From a virus (taxonomy: Duplodnaviria > Heunggongvirae > Uroviricota > Caudoviricetes), in IMG/VR virus record IMGVR_UViG_3300035034_002381, positions 128,001 through 173,506 of that record: a stretch of 45,506 bases of DNA; one strand, given 5' to 3'. A program made the position numbers and the translations under genes. Shown here piece by piece: positions 26,890 through 34,652 of this stretch (position 1 is its first letter; the number at the start of each line of letters is the position of its first letter). The notes under the pieces are model-generated. The model was not told the DNA's origin. It did no database searches and saw nothing but the letters and a program-made list of their open reading frames with translations.

Positions 26890-28026
26890 ATGACAAATAT
26901 AATATTCGATGGTAATTATCTTTTTTATAAAACTTTGTTTGCAGTATTGCACACAATGAAACTTAATAAAGATGAAAATTTTTTATCTTCTGATGATCAT
27001 CAACAAATTTTCATGCAAAAGATATCTGTCGATATGGCTTTCGCAATTAGGCAGTTTGGTAATCCCACCCGCATCATTTTTACAATTGATGGTAAGTCTT
27101 GGAGAAACGAAGTGGAAATTGAAGAAAATGATGGATACAAATCTGGTCGTTCTAAAGATTTAAAAATTGATTGGGATGCGTTTTATAAAATGATGAATGA
27201 ATTTGCGACTATTATTGAGCGCAAAGGTTTTATAGTATCTAGGATCGATAGAGCAGAAGGTGATGATGTTATGTATTTCTGGGCTCAATTATTTTTAGCC
27301 AAAAAACAAAATAGTATAATTGTAACTGGAGATAAAGATTTACGACAAATAGTTAGGTTGAATAACGATAATTACACAGTTGTATTCGATAATAATTCTC
27401 AACGAAGATCAATATGCGCAGCCGAAGGGTTACAAGATTGGCTAAAAACTGAAGATGAGATTGATATATTTTCAACCGAAACATATATGAATACATCCAA
27501 AGATCTTATCCATAATGTATCTAAAAAAATCAAAATAATCGAAATCGATCCCCATGATTTCATTTTACAAAAAGCATTAATTGGTGACGACGGAGATGAT
27601 GTACCACCGTTATTTATTTGGCCAACAAAAAATGGAAAAAAATTCAATCGCATAACCCCAAAAAGAGCCGAGGTGATATTAAACCATGTAAGAGAATCCA
27701 TTGATGAAAAATTAACAATCAAAAATATCACTACATATGCCGATAAAATAACTGAAGGTATTAGAAAAGTTTCGAAGGTTAAAGAAATTGATGCCGAGTC
27801 TATTGAATCCAAGCTTAAACGAAACATTAAGCTTATGTATCTACATAAAAGTGTTATACCTAACGAAATCTTTAAAGATTTTATAGTTCATGCCAAGGAA
27901 AATTATAAAAAGAAACTTGGCGCGAAATCATATTCTAAACATATGTTAATTGAAGGCACAAAATACGATAAGCCGCCAGAGTCATTTACAGACGGCATCT
28001 TTGGAAAATTGGATAGAAAAAAATGA
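26890..28026 (+). CDS. rnh: 5'-3' exonuclease / T4 RNase H-like (FEN family)
   Basis: IIFDGNY, DGKSWR, YKSGR, AEGDD, VTGDKDL, LIGDDGDDVP. Confidence 0.9.
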   Translation: MTNIIFDGNYLFYKTLFAVLHTMKLNKDENFLSSDDHQQIFMQKISVDMAFAIRQFGNPTRIIFTIDGKSWRNEVEIEENDGYKSGRSKDLKIDWDAFYKMMNEFATIIERKGFIVSRIDRAEGDDVMYFWAQLFLAKKQNSIIVTGDKDLRQIVRLNNDNYTVVFDNNSQRRSICAAEGLQDWLKTEDEIDIFSTETYMNTSKDLIHNVSKKIKIIEIDPHDFILQKALIGDDGDDVPPLFIWPTKNGKKFNRITPKRAEVILNHVRESIDEKLTIKNITTYADKITEGIRKVSKVKEIDAESIESKLKRNIKLMYLHKSVIPNEIFKDFIVHAKENYKKKLGAKSYSKHMLIEGTKYDKPPESFTDGIFGKLDRKK

Positions 28027-28271
28027 CAAATACACAGGACATTATTGAATATAAAGGATTTCTGTGGACCGTGGAAGCTATTTACCCACCTCGTATAGGC
28101 AAAACTGATGGTTATGATTACGATTTTCTCAGAGATAAATATAATGCGGATATCATCCTAAAAAGATCGAATAAATTACTTGTGTGTAAAATTGTCGAGG
28201 AAATTGAATTTGAAGAAATAAAGGAAAAGACTAAAGAAATAGAAGAAAAAATAAAAGAAGATAATGAATGA
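28023..28271 (+). CDS. Hypothetical protein
   Basis: 82 aa, ATGA overlap with upstream gene. Confidence 0.7.
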   Translation: MTNTQDIIEYKGFLWTVEAIYPPRIGKTDGYDYDFLRDKYNADIILKRSNKLLVCKIVEEIEFEEIKEKTKEIEEKIKEDNE

Positions 28272-28500
28272 AAAAATGACAGAATTACTTACACAACTAT
28301 TTAGATTTTATCAAAAAATGTTTGAATATGATCTAGAAGTTTTTAGTCAATCGTGGATTTATATCTGCTTATTAATACCTGCCTTTATGTACCTTTGTAT
28401 TTTTTTACTTAAATGGACTATACTTACTGCACCATTTTGGATACCTGTTCGCCTTGCCTTTGAAGGAATTGCTAGTATTATTAAAGCAATTAAAGAATAA
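28264..28500 (+). CDS. Small membrane protein
   Basis: 78 aa, hydrophobic WIYICLLIPAFMYLCIFLLKWTILTAPFWIPV. Confidence 0.7.
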   Translation: MNEKMTELLTQLFRFYQKMFEYDLEVFSQSWIYICLLIPAFMYLCIFLLKWTILTAPFWIPVRLAFEGIASIIKAIKE

Positions 28501-28526
28501 AACTATTCACAATTTAGAAAATATAA
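28500..28526 (+). promoter_or_regulatory. Putative middle promoter AAAC-N17-ATATAA (copy 6)
   Basis: AAAC 28500-28503, ATATAA 28521-28526, 6 nt before the ATG. Confidence 0.7.
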
Positions 28527-28532
28527 AAATAT

Positions 28533-28949
28533 ATGGATCATACCAAGTTATTTGACTTTACCAAAATTCTTTTTACAAGACCAGATATTTATAAAAAAAT
28601 GAAGTCTTATGAGAAAGCTCGTCATTATTTCATGACTCAAAGATTTATGTCAATAAATTTTCCAGTACAAGCTAATCATATTCAGCATATAAAAATAAAC
28701 CCTTCCGAAGTTTTAGATTATTGGCACCGCGCTCTTTCTGCCATGTATAATAGAGTTCCTGGATGGATGTATGTTAAAACTGCCAAAGCTAAAAAGGAAG
28801 TCAAAAATAAATATATCTCTGAAAACGTCATGCGAGAATACTGTAGTAGATTTGGGTATTCTATGGACCAAGTTCAAACAGCTATTGATATGTTCGGAGA
28901 AAAAATGATAAAGGAACTTAAACAATTTGAAAAAATGACAAAGCAATGA
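28533..28949 (+). CDS. gp62: Clamp loader small subunit (T4 gp62-like)
   Basis: LFDF...YFMTQRFMS...AN...W...K...EYCSRFGYSMDQVQTAIDMF resembles gp62 (FxxNRxLS...AN...EYYGYS..KA..AL). Carries the same promoter class as gp44. Confidence 0.6.
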   Translation: MDHTKLFDFTKILFTRPDIYKKMKSYEKARHYFMTQRFMSINFPVQANHIQHIKINPSEVLDYWHRALSAMYNRVPGWMYVKTAKAKKEVKNKYISENVMREYCSRFGYSMDQVQTAIDMFGEKMIKELKQFEKMTKQ

Positions 28950-29170
28950 ATCCACTGAAAAATTTTGAATATCGTAATTGGCAAGGAAAAAGTCTAAGAG
29001 AACACCCAATTATACAACCTGGTAATTATGATGGTTTATGGTCTGGGTATTTTGTAGAAATATTATTTGAAATAAGAGTTCCAATATATCATTTAGAGGC
29101 TTTGTTAATGAAAACAAACGTCAAGCAAAGCAATATTTGCAACAAGGTAAAATTACAAAGGACGAATTAA
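28946..29170 (+). CDS. Short hypothetical ORF, possibly a truncated gene
   Basis: ATGA overlap at start. 3' third overlaps the open frame of the next gene. Confidence 0.35.
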   Translation: MNPLKNFEYRNWQGKSLREHPIIQPGNYDGLWSGYFVEILFEIRVPIYHLEALLMKTNVKQSNICNKVKLQRTN

Positions 29171-29814
29171 AGACATTTGTCGATATGGACCCGTCAGGCA
29201 CAAAAAACAAGTATGTTAGTTGGATGGCGAAAGTGTATGTTAAAGAGAAGCCTAGTATTGATCAGTTGCGAAGCTATGTCGAAGAGTTTGATGTACTACT
29301 TAATCGTCGCAAAACAAAAACAAAAGACATTTACCAAATCAAAACGTTTCAAGCACTTGTTGATGAAGTCGATGAAATTAATAACACCGGCGCAAATTTG
29401 TCAACTAAGGACCTTGAAAACGACTATGAAGTTATTCAGGACGACAAAGATTTGCTAGTTATTTGTCCGTACACTCACGAAGCATCAAGAAAGCTAGGAA
29501 TCACAAAGTTTGCATATAGAAAATGTTCTGATGGAAAAACTGATAGCGCATGGTGCACAACATATAAATCTGCTGATCACTTTAACTCGTACTACTTTAA
29601 GCATAAGGTAACGTTTTATTATGTAAAAGTCGTATCTGAGAGATTAAAGCAACAATTAATACGTGAATTTGGTGCAGATCAAGGCGACAGACTAACAATT
29701 AGTGCAATTGCAGTACTTAGTGGCAATAATATGGATGGCTATGATGGTATGGATGGTCGATTAAATGCATCTGATTTGAAAAAATACATTCGAATAATTG
29801 GCTTAGATGATTAA
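29086..29814 (+). CDS. Phage protein with DPS..KY..W and WCT motifs; start uncertain
   Basis: Frame open from 29071. ATA at 29086 gives ISFRGFVNEN...; track start is TTG 29137. Motifs DPSGTKNKYVSWM, DIYQIKTF, ASRKLG, AWCTT, HFNSY. Confidence 0.65.
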   Translation: MSFRGFVNENKRQAKQYLQQGKITKDELKTFVDMDPSGTKNKYVSWMAKVYVKEKPSIDQLRSYVEEFDVLLNRRKTKTKDIYQIKTFQALVDEVDEINNTGANLSTKDLENDYEVIQDDKDLLVICPYTHEASRKLGITKFAYRKCSDGKTDSAWCTTYKSADHFNSYYFKHKVTFYYVKVVSERLKQQLIREFGADQGDRLTISAIAVLSGNNMDGYDGMDGRLNASDLKKYIRIIGLDD

Positions 29815-29992
29815 CAACAATTTGAATGGCAAAGAAAACTAAATGATGATATGTCAAAGCATAACATTTATCATGTTTCTTTGGCGAGGCAAAGTTGCAT
29901 ATTTACGCAATAGTTGACAATGTAGAAAAGAGACGATGAGTTTGGGCAAAATCAAGTTTCTTGATAGTTTAGTGTAAAATTAAATATACTTT

Positions 29993-30031
29993 AAGGATTG
30001 TTGATATATACTATCAATAATCCTTTTTTTT
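29993..30031 (+). terminator. Terminator-like hairpin with late promoter GATATATAC (30003-30011) at its apex
   Basis: AAGGATTGTTGATA-tatac-TATCAATAATCCTT (14 bp, one G-U), then a T run directly before ATG 30032. Confidence 0.75.
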
Positions 30032-31987
30032 ATGCAAGAACTTAGCAATATTGGTGACTATGTAATATATGATCAAAAAGAAGCATTTCTGAATGTTATA
30101 CGCATCAGAGATTTCTTTTTGGAGGTTTCCGGTGAAAACATTTCAAAGGAATTTAGATGGTCAACAGACAATAAAATATACTCAGCGTGGACAGCAATGA
30201 CCATGGATACTTTGAGAGAAGTAGAATTAAATATTTTAGAAGAATTGTGGGTCGAAGTCAAATTCACATTAATCGAATCGGGTGCTGTAACTATCAATTC
30301 TTTTTCATTAGATCTAGAAATTAAAAAGGCGAATAAGAATGACTCGATAACATCACCCATATTTACATGCTCAGAAAATGGTAATTTATTAAGCACTGTC
30401 GATCTTCAGAGTCTTTGTTTTAATCCTTACGATGTTAATCCTGCTGCATGTCTTTACCAAGAATTAAGTTATGCTGTCAATAATCTTTTTGGTCATGAAG
30501 TTGAATATTTTAAATGTGATCCAGACGTAAAATCTAAAGATATCACATTTAATGAATATTCAATTTATTCTGTAACTCAACAAAAATGTCTTAAAGTGCT
30601 AGTCGATAATAACGAGTTTCCTGATGCAGCTCTTCAACATAATCCATTTGGTATAGATTTTGAATTACCTTTCGAGGTTCATATTGATAAGAATTATTGG
30701 GAAGAAATTTTTGGTCGTTCTACAGCACCGCAAAAAAGAGATGTTCTTTATTTTAAACTTAACAATAGAGTTTATGAAGTCATAAGTTCATATCTTTTCA
30801 AAGCATTTATGGAAAGAGATTCATATTGGAAAGTGAGTTTGATTAAATATCAACCTAAAGCAAATAGATATGAATCTCAAGAAATACGAGATACTTTAGA
30901 CGCATTAACTACAGATTCGTCAGAACTTTTTGAACAAGAATATCGAGAACAAGAAGAGAAAATTGCTAAACCTGATCAATATAGTAGATTTAAGGGAGAT
31001 GGTAAATACGATCCATCTAGAAGCAAGATTCATGAGGATATAGAAATTTCCGAGTATAAACTAGAAAACTACTCAACCATCATTTCCGAATATCAATATA
31101 GACTTTCAAGTCTGGTAAATCTTTCAAATACTGAACAAGAACCTGCCATAGTTTACCGCGAAGTCGGTAATTTATCTAAAGATGCAGAATTTTCATATAG
31201 TTCATGGTTTGCTACTGACAAGTTCAAATTTTATGCACCACAGGATAACTTACTATCACAAGCATTAGATACAAACACTAACGAATTATTGATCACGATT
31301 AATAAAAATAGATCATATAATGTTGGTGATTATCTTAAATTTTCTAGAGTACCAGAAATAACATTTTACGGGAAAATTATAACAGTCAATTCTCCGACTT
31401 CTTTTACACTCAAGATTAATTCTGATATCGTTAACTATCTTGATAATTTCAATAGTATGTGGAGTGGAATGTCAAATTATACAGTAGAAAAAATAGTACC
31501 AAACAACTTTTTAAGTGGCTATTCAAATAATCAAGGTATTAAAATAGATCTTTTTGCAAATCGTTATTTCATAATCACACTTAATTCAGAAGAATATTTA
31601 ATACCACTAAATAAAAATCTAATCAATGGCGAATTCCATGGATTGTTCATAAATATCTCAAACAAATTTAAACAAATAAGTTTACATTTATGGGAAAGAA
31701 AATGGATATCCGGAGTTTTAAGCTCTCCACAAACCACCGATCTATACAACAATTTTTCCATGACAATAAATAATGTGACTTCTGAAGAAAGAATCTCAGA
31801 CACAAATTACGAAATAAATGCATCTAATTTGATATTAACAAATATCAGAGTATATGACCAAACATTAGAAGCAGAAAAGCAGGCAAATTTGTTAAACCAA
31901 AATATAGTACAAGACGAACAGCGTACTATAATAATTGATAACGCATTTCCTTCTTCACAGCTTCCATTTATAGCACACACAAAATGA
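30032..31987 (+). CDS. Neck/head-closure protein (gp14-like core) with extra N- and C-terminal beta domains
   Basis: LFGHEVEYF...FGIDFELPFEVHIDK..WE..FG...PQKRDVLYF...VYEV resembles gp14. C-terminal FSYSSWF...LTNIRVYD is LamG-like. Confidence 0.55.
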   Translation: MQELSNIGDYVIYDQKEAFLNVIRIRDFFLEVSGENISKEFRWSTDNKIYSAWTAMTMDTLREVELNILEELWVEVKFTLIESGAVTINSFSLDLEIKKANKNDSITSPIFTCSENGNLLSTVDLQSLCFNPYDVNPAACLYQELSYAVNNLFGHEVEYFKCDPDVKSKDITFNEYSIYSVTQQKCLKVLVDNNEFPDAALQHNPFGIDFELPFEVHIDKNYWEEIFGRSTAPQKRDVLYFKLNNRVYEVISSYLFKAFMERDSYWKVSLIKYQPKANRYESQEIRDTLDALTTDSSELFEQEYREQEEKIAKPDQYSRFKGDGKYDPSRSKIHEDIEISEYKLENYSTIISEYQYRLSSLVNLSNTEQEPAIVYREVGNLSKDAEFSYSSWFATDKFKFYAPQDNLLSQALDTNTNELLITINKNRSYNVGDYLKFSRVPEITFYGKIITVNSPTSFTLKINSDIVNYLDNFNSMWSGMSNYTVEKIVPNNFLSGYSNNQGIKIDLFANRYFIITLNSEEYLIPLNKNLINGEFHGLFINISNKFKQISLHLWERKWISGVLSSPQTTDLYNNFSMTINNVTSEERISDTNYEINASNLILTNIRVYDQTLEAEKQANLLNQNIVQDEQRTIIIDNAFPSSQLPFIAHTK

Positions 31988-32112
31988 TAATTAAAAAACC
32001 GAATAATACAATGAGTCTTCTTATGCAAAATATGCGGGAAGAAGACAAGAATTCTGATAAATCAAGAGCCTTGATTGCTTTTCATTTGAGATTAAAGCAA
32101 CTCAGCTTTTTA
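31984..32112 (+). CDS. Small hypothetical ORF (42 aa)
   Basis: ATGA overlap. MIIKKPNNTMSLLMQNMREEDK...LRLKQLSF fills the gap before terS. Confidence 0.4.
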
Positions 32113-32125
32113 ATACAAACCACCG

Positions 32126-32806
32126 ATGGCAAATAATTCAAAAGTCGATCAAGACGAAAGAGATAGAGAAATAAAAAAACGTAAAGAACTTGAAAAGCTT
32201 ATACAACAGACTGGAGATGAATTGAAAGTTGATGTTGACCGTGCTAGCAAAACACTCAAAAGACATGATCCAGGGTTTCTTAATTATCACGATGTTAAGG
32301 AAATTGTAGACAATGAAGCTACAGAAATAGTTTTATCGATTGCAGAGTTTTATCTTAATCCTGAAATCATCGAAAAAGTCAATTACGTTAAACAAAAAAC
32401 CAAAGTTGATAAAATAACTGTATCATCATTGTTATTTCAGATGAAAACTGCTGAACATGCAATCATTAAACTTTTGGGTGAGATTGACGACGGTAATTTA
32501 CACCCAAGAACATTTGAAGTTTTAGCATCTCTACAAAGGTCAAAAATGGAAATTGTTAAACACATGGCCCAATTCATGTTAGTAATGGAAAATGCGTATA
32601 AAAGTTTCCATGAAGATTATAGAATCAAAAAATCAGAAAATCGAATTGATGATAGTGAAGAAATTGAAGAAGTAGAAAGATTTAAGACTCGGGGTTCTAA
32701 GGCATTGATTAAAGCTTTAACGGAATTAAAAGATGATGAGATGAGTGAAATGGAAGCCATGAACAAAATGGGCGAAATGGGCGAAATGGGCGACGAAGAT
32801 AAATAA
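32126..32806 (+). CDS. gp16: Terminase small subunit (gp16-like)
   Basis: HPRTFEVLASL resembles the gp16 HPRAYEV motif; immediately upstream of terL. Confidence 0.7.
   Translation: MANNSKVDQDERDREIKKRKELEKLIQQTGDELKVDVDRASKTLKRHDPGFLNYHDVKEIVDNEATEIVLSIAEFYLNPEIIEKVNYVKQKTKVDKITVSSLLFQMKTAEHAIIKLLGEIDDGNLHPRTFEVLASLQRSKMEIVKHMAQFMLVMENAYKSFHEDYRIKKSENRIDDSEEIEEVERFKTRGSKALIKALTELKDDEMSEMEAMNKMGEMGEMGDEDK
32766..32792 (+). repeat. 9-bp tandem repeat x3 (AAATGGGCG) in the terS tail
   Basis: Encodes MGEMGEMGD. Confidence 0.85.
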
Positions 32807-32809
32807 AAA

Positions 32810-34570
32810 ATGGCAATAAGTAATAAAGTATGGACCAGTACAATGGTCGAAGAAAATGTTAAGGCTATTGAGGAAGGTCGACAAGCAGACACATCGTGTT
32901 TCTGGTCAAGTAATCCACAATACAGAGCGGCAAATATTAATTTTGAGCTAACAGATATAGAATTAAAGGAGTTTGTTAAATGTTCTAAGGATGTAGTTTA
33001 TTTTGCTAATAAATATTGTTATGCGATGACTGATGAAGGTGTTGCGAATATTGTATTAAGACCTTATCAGGAAGATATGCTTAAAACGTTTAAGGATAAA
33101 AGATTTGTTATCATGCTTGCTAGTAGACAAATTGGTAAAACTATTACATCAGGTATTTTTTTAGCTTGGTATGCATGTTTTCATTTTGATAGAAATATTC
33201 TAATTGTTGCGAATAAACAAGCTACTGCTGGAGAAATTGTAAGTAAAATCAAGGAAATTATTAAAAATCTTCCATTTTTCTTAAAGCCTGGAATTATTTC
33301 AGGTGGGGCTCTGGGACTTAGTTTCGATAATGGATGCCGTCTTTTCTCACAAGCAACAACAAAAACAGCAGCTCTTGGTTTCGCGATCCACTTATTATAT
33401 GCTGATGAGTTTGCACACATTCAAAGAAATTTTGTTGTGCCCTTTTATAGATCTATTTATCCTACATTATCCTCATCAAAAATATCAAAAATAATTATTA
33501 GTTCGACTCCTAACGGTGCTAATTTATTTAAGCAATTGTATATGGGTGCAATTAATGGTGCTAATACATACACGCCTATCAGAGTTGACTGGTGGGAGGT
33601 ACCTGGTCGTGATGAAGAATGGAAAGAACAAGAAATTCAAAACCTTGGTTCTCCTGAATTATTTGAACAAGAATACGGTAATAAGTTTGTAGCAAGTTCT
33701 ACGATGCTCTTGACTGCAAGAATTGTTGAGTTTGCAAATAGAATAGCTAAAACTTATGAATGGAAAGATATTGAAGATACTGATTTAATTCCAGAGGATT
33801 ACATTGATTTGACTTGGCATCCTGACTTTGATCCAGATAATATATGGGAAGAAGATGACAAATTTACAATAAGTATAGATTTAGCAGATGGTGTAGGTCG
33901 AGATTATACAGTTTTGAATATTTTTAAAATTGAAGCTATGTCACCAGCACAAATCAGAACAACAAAGAATTTTAGTGAAGAGCACGATTTTTTTAGACTT
34001 ATACAGGTTGGGAAATTTCACTCAAATTTGCGTTCTATAGAAGAAGTCACTAAAGTTCTTGAGTTACTTGTATATGATGTATTCGACCCTGAAATTGTGA
34101 CAATAGTTCTCGAAATAAATTTTAAAGGACATTATCTTTATGAAAAAATGTCTAAACATCCGGAATTCGTTGAAGAAATGTTTATGTATAGCAAACATTC
34201 GTTAAAGGCTAGTAGTGAATCTGTGGGAATAAAACTTAATAAGGATAATAAACAAACTTATTGTAGAGAATTAAAAAGAGAAATGCAAAATAAAAGAATT
34301 ATTGTTACTGATGAAGATACAGTGGAAGAATTATCGTCGTTTGGACTAAACGATAGAGGACAATATGAGGGTCAAGGGAGTCATGATGATTTAGCTATGT
34401 CTTGCGTTGATTTATTACCCTATTTTGAAAGTGAAGATTTTTATGAACATGTAGAAGATATCATTGATTTAGTCGATGAGCGAAGAAGAGAAGCAATGTT
34501 TAAAAGAATAGAAGAATATGATGGAGGTGACGGATACCTTGACACAATTAAGGTATTATCATCATTATAA
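32810..34570 (+). CDS. gp17: Terminase large subunit (T4 gp17)
   Basis: LRPYQ, Walker A ASRQIGKT, YADEFAH, SSTPNG, FEQEY, nuclease IDLADGVGRDY, HDDLAMS. Confidence 0.96.
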   Translation: MAISNKVWTSTMVEENVKAIEEGRQADTSCFWSSNPQYRAANINFELTDIELKEFVKCSKDVVYFANKYCYAMTDEGVANIVLRPYQEDMLKTFKDKRFVIMLASRQIGKTITSGIFLAWYACFHFDRNILIVANKQATAGEIVSKIKEIIKNLPFFLKPGIISGGALGLSFDNGCRLFSQATTKTAALGFAIHLLYADEFAHIQRNFVVPFYRSIYPTLSSSKISKIIISSTPNGANLFKQLYMGAINGANTYTPIRVDWWEVPGRDEEWKEQEIQNLGSPELFEQEYGNKFVASSTMLLTARIVEFANRIAKTYEWKDIEDTDLIPEDYIDLTWHPDFDPDNIWEEDDKFTISIDLADGVGRDYTVLNIFKIEAMSPAQIRTTKNFSEEHDFFRLIQVGKFHSNLRSIEEVTKVLELLVYDVFDPEIVTIVLEINFKGHYLYEKMSKHPEFVEEMFMYSKHSLKASSESVGIKLNKDNKQTYCRELKREMQNKRIIVTDEDTVEELSSFGLNDRGQYEGQGSHDDLAMSCVDLLPYFESEDFYEHVEDIIDLVDERRREAMFKRIEEYDGGDGYLDTIKVLSSL

Positions 34571-34598
34571 GAAAGTTAAAAATTATCTTTTTAGAATG

Positions 34599-34607
34599 AA
34601 TATATAC
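34599..34607 (+). promoter_or_regulatory. Putative late promoter variant AATATATAC
   Basis: Intergenic, about 45 nt before the sheath ATG. Confidence 0.55.
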
Positions 34608-34652
34608 AACAGGTATATTATAACATACTCACTAAAAATAATTTTTTGATCA

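Noticed and set aside
29914-29945. TTGACA sigma70 -35 element
   Set aside because: No acceptable -10 at 16-18 nt spacing.
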